Source: Phallusia mammillata
Lineage: Eukaryota
Assembly (NCBI GenBank): GCA_965637545.1
Contig: OZ281498.1
Coordinates: forward strand, 4,402,001-4,466,000
Length of the DNA: 64,000 nucleotides
Reading direction: 5' to 3'
Notes under the pieces: generated by a model
Databases searched by the model: none
What the model was told of the DNA's origin: nothing
What the model saw: the letters and a program-made list of their open reading frames with translations, nothing else
Position numbers and translations under genes: made by a program
Part shown: positions 1 to 12,600 of the stretch, in pieces
Layout of the letters: each line of letters starts with the position of its first letter
Position numbering within the stretch: position 1 is the stretch's first letter

Positions 1-128
1 CTAATTTAACATCAATCAAACTGTAGTGCAATGGCAGGAACTGTACGAATGTCTGTCAGTAAAGTAGTGTGGGGAAGAAAATGTGCTGTTAGCGATGCAT
101 GCGGTCGGCTACAGGAAATGTCGCTTAC

Positions 129-3100
129 CGAATGATACCCCGGCCGATGCCAAACAGGTGGCAAGAGCCTGGTGCTTGTTGGGGAAGTATTGACCGGTCA
201 GATTCATCGCCGTATTGTAGATGAAGTTGGCAAACACGCCAAGCATCGCACTGCAATAGCAAAACACCGTAAACTTAAACGATTGGTGCAATTGGCGGAT
301 AACAAGTTGGCGTGTTATTGTTTGCTGGCTTACCTGTAAGTCAGAAACATGAGATAAAGGATTGGGATAAAAGATGTGATGACCAAACTTATTGTTGCGC
401 CCAGGACGCCAACAAAACCGACTTTTCTTGCGCCATACACAGTGAACAAAGGTGTGCTGAATGGGCATGTTCCGACAGTGAATCCAAAAGCCAGCGACCC
501 AATCCAACCTGTTACATAAGCGCGTCATGGTTAGGTTGGGAAGAAAACAACACAATAATGAAATGGTTCCAAGAAGGAGGTCGGTGCGACTAGCTACCAA
601 CGCCACCGGCACACCGATTTTTGACTTGCGCTGTTCCCTAAGGGCTTTAAGCGCACAAGTGTTCCTATGGAGTATCTCCAAACTAGACTGTCAATGACAG
701 TCTATATGCCCGGTACTGTAATACAATGGAGTGAGCCCTATGTTACGAAAGCGTGAGCGGTGTTCAACTGTTCACGCACTAACGGGCTGCTCGGCTCGTG
801 ATCGATTTCCAGCAGCCTCGTGCTCGCTTCGCATCAAAACAAAGACATCGGCTCTACAGGGAGAAAAGTAGGATGTTGTTGTCGAGTGTGAAAAGTCTTG
901 AACAATTGAGGACGCCCGTTTTGCAACCGATACGTACACAACACACGATATTACCGCATGTTGAAACAGAGACTAGCGCGTCCGCGTAGAAACAATAACA
1001 AGAACATAAACTTGTATTTGATTGTTACAGCATTCGTCATAGTGGAACACAAGAGTCTTTGATTACGTGGGGCGGTTTAAATGTGTAGGGAAAACAAAAT
1101 CATTAACGCACAAGTCTGAAACGTATAACAGCTGCGGCTTATCGTGACGCATGTTGTTGCTCGATTTAAAGTCTGTCAGCACACCGTAAACAAGGTAAAT
1201 GCAGATATATGATAACATCTATAGTCCTTTTGCGTGTGGGAAAGGCTAGCTACCCGCAGTAAACAAGTGGTTAATGCTCTTGGGCCCTTAGCGGCGAACC
1301 AGACCGCTGAGCCTACGCAACTAGATCGGAAGGTATTAACCGGCACATGTAAGCTTAAAATAAGGGTTTAGGCCAGTGGTTCTCAACCTTTTTTCTTTCA
1401 TGGCCCATTTTCATCAAACAAAAATTCTGTGGCCCAGTAAATTTATAAAAAAAACACAACTGTAAAATAGGTTCAGAACAAAAAAAATGCAGATCATATT
1501 TTAAACAGATGTTAAGTTTAAAATAACTGAAAGCAAAAAAATCATAAAACAGCACTTTCCCTTCTTTTAATCAAGCACTTTTAGTTATGACCAGAGTAAT
1601 TGGACAATGGATATGCTGCTACTATCTGGCTTTATTGTAATCACAAATTAGTTTATTACATCATAAACATAAGGTGTTGCAGAAACGCAAAGTAACTTTA
1701 TGCCGTAAATAGATTAATTCAAATAAATTTACATTCCTTTTCAATTCCTCCCCAAGCCATTAATCTTGTAAAATTGAGTGTAGTGACACAAATGAAAGCT
1801 TTTCTTTTGATTGGACTGTGGCCCAATGAAAATGCTTCCATGGCCCACTGGTTGAGAACCGCTGGTTTAGGCCAAAGGGACAACTCCCTTGGAGGTACTG
1901 TGTCGGTTCAATTTCTTTGCGGTAAAATTATGTTTCTGTATCATAAAGTTACCATGCGAATGCCCCGTAAAACGCATTTGATTACTCGTAAATCGTTGTT
2001 GAATCTGACTGGCAAACACGGACCGCGGAGGTTTTCGTCATTTCCCACCAGCAGTTTATGGCCGCAGTGTTGAAACTGCTATTGGAAGTTGCATCATCCG
2101 TTGTTGTTGCATGCGCCGCATCCAGCCGGCAAATGGTGTGATGTGACAACAGCAGGCGCTCGTTAAATCGAAGCTTTTTTGACTAATTATCTCTATTGCT
2201 CGCTTCCACCTCGACAGTTTACAAAGATTTTAAAACCGCCGTACAGACGGGGCAGCGGCACGAACGGGCTACAAACGTAGTAAACAAGGTTGAAGAACTA
2301 AACCGTTGCGACATTACCATTGCCGCAGCCGCTCCAGTTTGCTGCACGCTGCAAAATCAGCAGTGCAGTATGATCCGGAGGGAAGGAAAACAAGTCATTG
2401 GTTTTTGTGTGATGGTATCGGGCCGGTTCAAATTTGGTTCAGTACGAAGACAGATTTGCGTTTGTTAAGCAACAACTGCGTATACTTTTAAGCAAACACG
2501 CACCGGCGGCGTGGAACAAGAAAAGCACTTAATAGAACACTTGTATTTAAACTTCAGTACCTTCCCAAGTATTATAAACTCCATAGATTGACATCTATAC
2601 ACACTTTATGCTACAAACACCGGCGTATGTGTATTTTATTACCTGCTTCAAGTTTTGTTGCATTAAACTCCTGTGTCAAGGAAGAAACGAGTGTTCCAAA
2701 ACTGGCCAATACACCGGCGACAGGAATCATCACAATCCAAGATGCGATGACCACTACCCAGCCCCAACGCGGCGGGTCAGGGAACTGTTCACTGCAAAGT
2801 GTTGATACAAGATTAAGGGACGAAGTAGGGAGAAATAATATATAATGTACTTTATCATTGCGTAAGGGTACTTCAGTGGGCTGCTACGTATCAGCGTTTG
2901 CTGTGCTATCAATATACTACTGTTACGTAATACCCTTGTCGTTTGTCAAGTGCGCGAGGCGTTTCACCATATTGGTTTAATGACGCGTTTGGCGTATTAT
3001 CTACAGTGTAGCTGCACCCGAGATAACCCCAATAAACAGGAAACTTGGTAAAAGATACAGGAAAGAGAGGCTCACTTGGGACAATATTACTCACTTTCCG

Positions 3101-3498
3101 TCGACTCTAGTGTGGTCGCCTTCCATTATGATGTCTAACGAGCCAAAGCCAAGGGCCATATGCGAGGCAGTTGGCGACGAGAGCAATTCTCTGCTCATCG
3201 AAGGGTGATCACGTTCGCGCAGGGGGCAAATCCCGGACTGAAACCTCACGGTGCTTCCATTAAGGTCGTGGTTGCTGCCACCGTCATCACAAGCCGTAAT
3301 TTCGATCGTCGGCAAAGGCGAGGATGGTGGCTCCAAAGCAGACGTGTCAATTCCATCTTGTTTGGTTGATTGAATTTTGGTTTCCTCGGCTTGGATTTTC
3401 GCATTGTCGGGACTTTCCTCTGTGCTCATTTGATTATCGTTGACGTCTGTGTTTTCGGGAGAGCTTCCGTCACTAACCAAGCGGTCACTTTCGTCCAT
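129..3498 (-). CDS. SLC16 (monocarboxylate/aromatic amino acid transporter, MFS) family protein, 3' partial
   Basis: Spliced exons 3095-3498 (MDESDRLV..., acidic N-terminus), 2643-2791 (EQFPDPPRWGWVVVIASW..., the SLC16 TM1 motif), 334-508 (WIGSLAFG...YGARKVG...LTYS) and 129-250 (...GQYFPNKHQALATCLASAGVSFG, matching the MCT YFxKxRxLAxGxAxAG loop). All junctions are GT-AG with compatible phases. Later exons were not found and presumably lie left of the window. Confidence 0.88.
1374..1864. mobile_element. Non-autonomous hAT (Charlie-like) MITE
   Basis: TIRs CAGTGGTTCTCAACC / GGTTGAGAACCGCTG, perfect 8-bp TSD GTTTAGGC (1366-1373, 1865-1872), subterminal TGGCCCA motifs. Confidence 0.92.
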
Positions 3499-6400
3499 TT
3501 CTCCTGTCCGTATCGCTGCACAATTCACCCGTTTAAATGCCCTACGTGTTTCCTACAAGCTCTGCGCGAAAAAGAAGGTACATTGTTTTTGTTGTAATCA
3601 CCAAGCTTCGAAAAGCAACCAAACACTTGCTTTAATTAACATGGCGCAAGTTCTGTTACAGAAACAAACAACATCTGCCGCTACAGAAATAGTTTTGACA
3701 AATGCATCACCTAAACAACCAGTTTGGTTACGTCACAAAGCGTTTTTATTTCGTATGTTTGGGCCTAACAGTCGAAATATATTTCTTTCCAAACAAGAAG
3801 GTACAACAAAGGTGTAACGTACACTTCCGGGCGAGTGAAATAAATTCCACGTAACACCCTCGTTTGCGACATGCCGACACGCACATGGTGCCCCGGGTTA
3901 AAATCGATCTGATACAACCCAAATTACTTTTGCAGCATAGATCGATGGTTTAAACAAGCACCAGAAGGCCGGTAGAGTGGATTAAAAGGCAAGACATCGA
4001 GACAGCAGATGTCAGCATACATAATTATGCACGCACATGTGGTTCTCTGAAATGCGGCGACAATCATTGCCCGGCAGCTCAGCTTGTCAGCTGTAAACAA
4101 ACCAACTGGTTCGTCAACACAAACAAGGAGTGACTAACAATGAAGATAACGAAAACAATTGTCAAACGACATAGGTCTTAAAGTAATGTTAACATATTAC
4201 AGCAAATCCGCAAAATGCAACGTAGTGCAACATATAATCAGAATGCAAGTTGATTCAGAACGGCGTCCTATCTAAAGTAGATCACAAATGACCGTTGCCT
4301 TTGTATAGTACATGTAATACGACAGTTTAGTTCACACAACTGGTACACGGGCATTGGGTAATAGTGCTTAATAAGGTAACCGCTCTAACATCTGAATCTG
4401 AACGCTAACTGGCAAACACGCTTTTAACTGACCTAAACAAACCTCAATTACTCTTGCTTTATACACTTGTGCAGACGAAGAATCAAAACATGTGCCTTTG
4501 TTTGCCTGAGTGAACCGTGGTTGCGTCATCTGCTCTCGGCGATCAGCTGACGAGAACGGAAAGAAAAAGGGCTCCGCGCCAAGATAATAAAGAAAGGTAT
4601 AGACGTCCTAGGCTGCCAGCTCACCGCAAGGTTTCGCAATTTTGTCCACTCAATTATTGAAGAGCCTTACCGGGCTGAATATTGTGAAATTCCGCCATAC
4701 AGCGCAAGGAATTACGCAACATGCCGCTTTCCATAGTTCTGTAATGTAAGGTCATGCAACACACTATTTAAACCATAAATAGGCATAGCTGTTGTCTAAC
4801 GGAAGGTAAAATTTAACCAAAGCAGTAGTTACTTTCGCACAATCCTACAAATTCCCAAACATCGCCTCTACCCTCTTCACTGAGCCGGTCGTAATTGGAT
4901 ACTGTTCGATGTGGTCAATGTTGGCACAGTGTGTTTGCGGTTGCCGCCCACCGCCAATAACCAATAAACGTCCGTTTGTATGTAGACACATTAGGTATGT
5001 CACAAGGAGGGAATAGTACGTCAATCACCTGTTGTGGTCAAAAGTCCAAAATTTAACCGTACAAGTTTTATCGATGACTTTTCTGATCATGGTATCAAAG
5101 CTTTATTCTTGTCAGGGCCGGTTTGCCTAATTTGCGGTCATCTTTTGTAATTTCTTAAACTTAGGTAATTTCTAAAGGTGGACTTCGCACTCAATAAGCA
5201 CCATGAGGTAAGTTGTTGCACAATATTACTATAAAAGGCCTACGTGATAATGCGCATTAACCTTTGCTTCGAATTAACCAAACTCCCATAATTTTCCCAA
5301 TCGACGTAGGGCGTTTGTTTGCAATGCGTCCTGCCTCACGGGACCGACCTAGAATCAAATGTTTGCTGTGTCCCAACAACACTTTCAACCGTTAACCTTT
5401 CCCGGCGGAAAAACAATTCCAATCTACCAGAACCAATTGAACTTTGGGCTTCACGAACGTTCCCGGCAGGCCACGTCAAATTCTCCCGGTATGTTATTCA
5501 AGATAGGAAACATCAAGGAATCATGATTTCAAATTTGGTCCTTTTGACATGTTAGTAGGGGTATAATTGAATTTATTAGTAGGCGCTTGTTTAAAATAGA
5601 AATTAACAAACTTTCAGGCTCAAATTAACAAACATTACCTAATGATTAGTGTGCATGGTAAAGAACACTTGGTATAACATTTGACAAACCCTAATGGATT
5701 ATTTCCATTTGACTACCTATAATTTACTTTCAATAGCACAAAGATGTAACTTTTACTATTCAAATGCCGTGCAAACATATCATATTTCTCGAGCCCGCAG
5801 TCAACAATCGCTCCAAAATGCTTTGCTTACAGTACAAATAGGATGAAATACACATTGACAAATATTGCGCAAGTAAAATTATCAAAAAAACACTCTTTAT
5901 GATCAAGTGAGAGGTTGCAATATTTGAGTAAACACCATGAAAACCTTTTGTTACGCCCACTCAATTTTCCCTTCAAAATCCCCCAATCCCAGTTTTTACT
6001 GCTTTTCGTTGTTGGTAAGATTCTGATGCCGCGGGACAGAACCGCCGTGTTTGTACCACGGTTGACAAGCCACGCCCGGAGCAACTTACAGGGACGAAAC
6101 TTGTGTAGTCGGCGAATTAACAAGCGACAACTAGCCTCAAACGTCTCAACACAAACTGTCACTGCTTTAGTGCTACGATTGGAAGATAATCTGGTAAACG
6201 AGTCCGGTAGACGTGGGATTAAACCTGTACAGAGTTTAGTGAACATTTTCCTACATATACTTTTACAAAGAGCATTTTGGTGTTACAGTAATCACAATAA
6301 TTTGGTTATTTGCACATGCGTATTTATTGCGTGACTTACACTTCAAATAAAAATAAAAAGAATTCAGTGTTGGGTAAAATGTGCGTGAAGTGAAGAAAAG

Positions 6401-6601
6401 TGGCAATAAAAGCATAAGGATTGGTGACAAAGACAATACAACTTGTATTGATCAACACTTAACATGTTGTCGCAGGCAGTGAATAACCTTTTTGTCGAAT
6501 CGATAAAGTTAAATTATACGAAAAAGAAACGACAAAATAAAAGGCAGTTGTGCAAACAAGATAATGCTGTGTCACGCGACGACAGAGAAAGACAGTGAAG
6601 A

Positions 6602-9600
6602 TTACGAATGCCGAGTCATGCTTCGTTGCGATGCGGATCTGAAACTGGAATTGTAGTTCCCGTGCCCCACCGAGCGGTTAGTGTCGATTTTAACGCAACG
6701 ACACACGGAGTTCCACGCTTTAGTGAGAAGCAGCCTACAAGTTATACAGTTTTAGTTAAAAATCCACAATCAAAACAGGTAGTGATATTATTTCTTCACC
6801 CTTTGCACTAATTATGACACAATACTTCTAAACGAAATGTGTTATTGTCTACTTGGTATGTTTTTTATGGCGTACTTTTCCCCAATACTAACATTACCTG
6901 TACGATATAGGTTGTACAAATGTTACAAACCTGTGCAACTTTGAACTTACAAACTTGTGGATTTTTCTTTTTACAAAGACCAAACTTACTTGTACTGCAG
7001 GCGCATTTTGGCGTTCATGAAGCAGTAAATGAGAGGGTTCACACATGAGTTGAACCACGTGATTACGCTTGCGAACATGTGAACGCGTGGATCAACTTTC
7101 ACCGATTTTGGAATAAGATTGACGATGACACTCGGCATGAAGAGAATCATAAATGCGATGCAAATTGTAACGCTGATGCGAAGTAACCGACGATCCATGC
7201 TCTGTAAGTATAGGAAAGGCACATTCGTAAAAACAGAACAAGAAAAATTAGGACAATTTTAGTTGCAAAATATTATCCAGAAATCGGCATGCTGTTTTCA
7301 ACAATTTGACTACTCCCAAAGTTAGTGTAATTTAACGCTCAGTTATTACGGTACCTGATTTGGATAAACTGCTTGTGGCGGGTTCAAATTTAAACGCAGC
7401 AGGTTAGCATTTTTATTATGCTTCTTGTAGAACTGGTATACTATGCATAAATGTGCCGTATAGTCTCTATACATCAGTATGCCGTGGTCATAAATATTTT
7501 TTCAGAATCATCATTAATTTCAAAACCGGAAGAACAAACTATATTATTCACAGCACACCTCAAGTACTACACAGCACAGAGTTGTAAACGGGCCTGAAAT
7601 TGGAGCCCGAACCCGAAAGTACAAGCCCGAAACCCGGTCCGAACCCGAATCGCTTTTGGGAAGCCCGTTTAGGCTCGAAAGTTTGAATGAAAGACCTATA
7701 CTTGAAGCCTCTAAAGACCAAGACAACAAATACAATAGACGATTGATGTCAACAAGGCGTTTTAGGGCTGTTTGACATTAGGTCAGGTCCAGCTCCAGTA
7801 ACTGCTGGCTATTAAGCTAGTTAACTTTTTTTAATACTGACACAGTGTGTAATGTCATGCCCGAATTAAGCCCGTATTTGAAAAACATAAGCCCGAACCC
7901 GGCCCAAAAAGCGAGGCCTGACTCTGACACAGCAGTCCTATAAACTTCCGGCACTGTACATATGCATAACTTTTTCGCTTATTTACTACAACCTAACACA
8001 GATTTTTTAACGAACCCTTCGTTTCCGTGCTTCCCTTTCCATCGCTGTTCGTTGTCGTCTAATTCGACTGAAAAGAAATAATGATATTTCACAGTGTGAA
8101 GTCAAAAAGCGATACAAGATAAACTATAACCTACTGTTTATGATGATTGTCTCGTTGGGTTATATTTTCCGGAGTGGTTCGTCGTATGTGTGAATTGGCA
8201 AGTACTGAAAAAGGAATGCACGAAATAATGTTAAATTATTATTTTAAGCGTTTAATCTTGTATCAAAGTGTAAAACATACGAGTGTATTTAGTTCTAACC
8301 TAATGCTGTTATTTTTGGCACAACATATTCACTTGCAACCGTCGTGCACTGGACGCCACGAACAAAATTTAATTGTACCCGTAATACCACTTTTTATTTT
8401 ACAGATTAACTTGGCCTTTTACAGATTAACTTGATTATTGTCAACTGTATCTTTAAATCAAGTTACCATAACTTGTTTGCTCAAATCTACCTTGCTCTTT
8501 CCGCCACTTGGTGTCGTTGTTGTGTAGTGTTTGCTTAACCGGCTTGGTGCTTTTTGAATTCGTTATTGGCTCTGGAGATTCGATTGGGCGTTTAATTTCC
8601 TCACCGTCACTTTAATAGCAAAATGAATATCAAATTATATTGTCCGTAATTCATCCCTTGGGTTTAGTCAGATGACCCGTTAATATTGGCTGATGCAGAT
8701 GTCCCAATGTACTAATGATTAACCACATCGAATGTTATTGATGTCCCATAAGCGTTCGGACGGTATTAATTTGCATGCTATTAAGTTTAGAGTGAATTTA
8801 ATATGTTGCTGTATCGTTGTTGTTATAACTTATAAGGTTTAATATTGACTCATACTTTTGTTATTGGCAGTGATTTACTTAATCAACAATCTTACAAAAT
8901 CAACGCCGCCTAATCTTGCTTTGACAGAGCTACGATCAACTTCTTTAAAATGAAACAGAAATTATCGTTCCAGTATATTAGATTTTAATATCTCATACCA
9001 CAAAAAAATAGGTGTGTTATAAAATGTGGAAATTTGATAGATCATATTGTAACAAGTCACCTGCAAAGGCCGACGAGAGATGATTCATTTTCATGATCAA
9101 CCGACTTAAGTTCGATTGAGTCATCTTCGGCGCTCTTTGTTTCGCTTTCGAAAGGTTTGCGGTGTAAAACTGGACTTGGACCAATCGGAACTTGTGAGGA
9201 GCATTTTCCAAACCTCCTACTCTGGCAGCGACCGGTTGAACCTGGTAACAATGAATTTGACTTGAAAGATCGTGTGAAAGGAAATGCAAGATCGTTCGAA
9301 CATCGCGAAAAGTGGCAACAAACACTGTTTTACCAAGAAACTTAACTGGTACCATTGGATCACAGCCGAGGTTACTGTTTTTTGTTGTTGTTGTTTCGTA
9401 GAAAAGGCCGTTTTAAGTTAAGTTGTGTCTATTTTGCAAAGTATGAAACGAAAATGCTTAATTTTCAAAGACATGAAAATTCCTACTAACGTTTTCCGTT
9501 ATAAGTGGATTCTAAATACTCAAGAGATTACACCCGGGTACTTACTTTTTACTGAATCCACACTTTTTCGTGACATCCTCAGTACCGCTCTTCCTGCTTT

Positions 9601-12600
9601 TCGCGATGTTAGAAAAATTTTCACGTACAGCACAACCATTATAATGAGTGGAAGAAATTGGAAAAGAACGCGAATGAACTGTAAAGTAAAACAAGCGTGT
9701 AAGCGAATAGGACGTTTGTTTCAAATTTGTAAAAAGCATTACATAATTTATAGTGCGTTGGACTTACTTGCATGTAATTCTGCTCTTGTGTGTTGTATCG
9801 GTCAGTTCTGAATACACACAGGGTAAGGGCCGGATACCAGCCGTAGCCGCGATTGTTGGCAAAGAAAAATATTGGAAACAAAAATGCAGGTGCAAAAATC
9901 CAAGAGATGGCGATCGCAAGAATAATTCTTTTGCGCGTAAAAAGATCGTCGTAATGCTCCGGGTAAACGATCCCTATAAACCTAAGTATAAAGTAGATTA
10001 TTGAACTGTATCGCAAAAATATTGACTAAATATGCTGTGTGGTTTTGGGATGGGCAATTCAGAACAAAGTCCTTCAAAAATACTCCAGATCAATACGAAA
10101 CTACAGTGCATTTCTCCTACGTGAACAATTGACCAAATTTATGCGCGTAATTTTAATGCACAATGGCTGCGTGAGACGGAATTGTTATGATGAAAAACAA
10201 TGCTATTGATTTATCACAGCGTTGTTTGCAAATAACCTTACCTGTTGACCGTAATGACGAGCAGACAGACGATAGACGTATATCCACAGCAATAGTAACT
10301 AAAGGCCATGAAGGAGCAAGTAAACGAATTCTCACCGAAAGGCCACGACTGTAATCAAATAACAAGGGATTAGGACAGTTATCTCATTACGACATCGTAT
10401 TTTAATTGTGAGTAATCAACCTTTATATGATGCATGTTAAGGTACGTCGCCGAACGCGAGGCGCCATTCCCATTACCCTTTGGGAAATAAACCACCAGAC
10501 AAGGCCTTCGAAGCGTGAGAGCTAAATTAAATAAACCCCTCGATGTGGCCTGTGGATTGCTATTAATGACGCAAACCGTCTTGCAGATCAAACGCTAAAA
10601 CTCTGTTTTATAATTCAGTCCCATTTCCACTAGCAACAACGCCATCACGCATCATTCGCAAGTCAAAGATCCTTCAATGAGGATGCAATGTCTCTGGTAA
10701 TGTAATTAGTAGATATAAATTGCACGCACATGCGTCAATAAATTTGACGTCCCTATTTGTCATGGCCTTTGACTCTTTATGTTAGCACTGGTTATATTCA
10801 TCTCGTTTTAAGTGGTAGCGTTTAATAGGATTCCGTTTCACCACGTCGTGCCACGTGACCAATTGACGTTGTAAATCTCACCAGTGACGCAAATATTAAA
10901 GTTATATTTTTTATTGTTCGCCAACAAGCCATTGGGCAAACTCGATACCTGCCCCCTCAATTATGCGTATCTGAGAGAACACGAACTGAAAAGTGAACAG
11001 CCTTCTTTGTAATTGACCATGTTATACTTATACAAGTTATACTTTTGTACAACTGTGAGCGGTTACGGTACGTTTAACAAACATGTCTGATTTTGTTTTC
11101 TATGCATCTACTCTTTGCTGGAATTGGTTATTGGCGAACACTTACAAAGACGACTGTTCGTCTTTCATTTCCTAATTCGAGTTCCCTCAGTTACGAAGAA
11201 TTGGGGGTTAGGGCTGGAGTTCGCCTAACCCTGCGGTGGTGTGGTGTGGTAGGGTCGATGAGGGTTTCTGCCTAATCTTAACGCAATTAAACTACAAAAT
11301 CGATTTTAGTGCAAATTTAAGATCAGTCAAAAATTTTTTTCGTATTTCGGTGACCTCCCGACGAACGAAATAACGCAAATGTTTAGTAATGGAAACATTA
11401 AATGGGAATACGATTACGGTGCCCAATAAGCCACAAGTACTGAAAAAATGTTTGTCCAGCTTTTTTGTTATATTTGAATCATTTATAATTTTTATGGAGC
11501 GGAATTTGCTCACGGCGGTATGTATTGTTTCGTCAACATTTTTGCCCGAAAAGTTAGCAATCGTAACTCTGAGGCCCTATATAAAGATACATATTTGGTT
11601 ATGTATTTGGTTTTAAGATAATTAGTCATTATGTCTCTCACAAGCGTGCTAAACCACCTCAAATGTAGTCAGTAGTTGGTAATTAACGCTTGGATGAACA
11701 ACCCCGTAAATCCTAAACAAACGGTAAAGAAACCCCACCTGTACATTTATCAAAGTAGTTCTTGCGGAAAAATACTTCATGCAACGGCGAATCCTCGCGC
11801 GTTTGATGGCTGCTTGTTTTTTAATCAATATTGACATTGGGGCTATAGTTCACCAGGTGACAATGCCGAAGCCTAATGGGGGTTGGTAACCCCTAACTTG
11901 CGTACTAAGGTTGGTACGCGAGGTGATTATCCAACACACTTATTGATGTAGTGTAGAGTTTACATTGCTTGTGTAATTCGTTATAATGTAATAGTTTGAC
12001 AAATCTAGCCTAAACGTACAAATCTGTCTGTGTTTAAATTACTGTTGAAATCATCTGACACAAGCCACTATATCACACTGAAAAAGTTGGTATGTCAACT
12101 TTCACGTAGATTTGAAATGTTTGTCGACCCCTACCGTATCCCGTTTCGGTAGTTACGATCTTAGTGACTTAACTTTTGGCCTGTGCTTTGGCATTATAGT
12201 GAGTCCCAAAGGAAGTTTTGCACGGATCAATTCTACCCCAATGAACCGAAGTGGTTACATCCAAACTTACTATATAAGCAAAGCTGTAAGATTATCTCAC
12301 AGCTGACTTGCTATAATTATGCGGTGTTTAACGATTTTTAGAACACTATAATATATGCTATTGGAGCATTGGTGAGCGTTACTTGAGAAAATGTGGACAC
12401 TATAATCCCATGCTTTGTCTGCTGTGTTTCTATAAATGTGTTGTGATTTTCAAAGTTGCCTTTCTATGAAAAAAGATTTCCTAACCATGTTTATGGTGCA
12501 TTGCGCGCAAATTTAAGGTTCATTACCCTTTTGGCCTTCGATTTAAAACCAATTGATGTTACAATTACTATCAAGTTTGTCGTTAAAGTTCGCAGTGCTA

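Noticed and set aside
109-681. 190-aa ORF as a single-exon protein
   Set aside because: Only its last part is in the coding frame. The real product is spliced SLC16 using different frames (334-508, 129-250).
5827-6334. Overlapping 139-aa ORFs on both strands
   Set aside because: No recognisable motifs or domain-like composition. The region is better explained as UTR or intergenic DNA.
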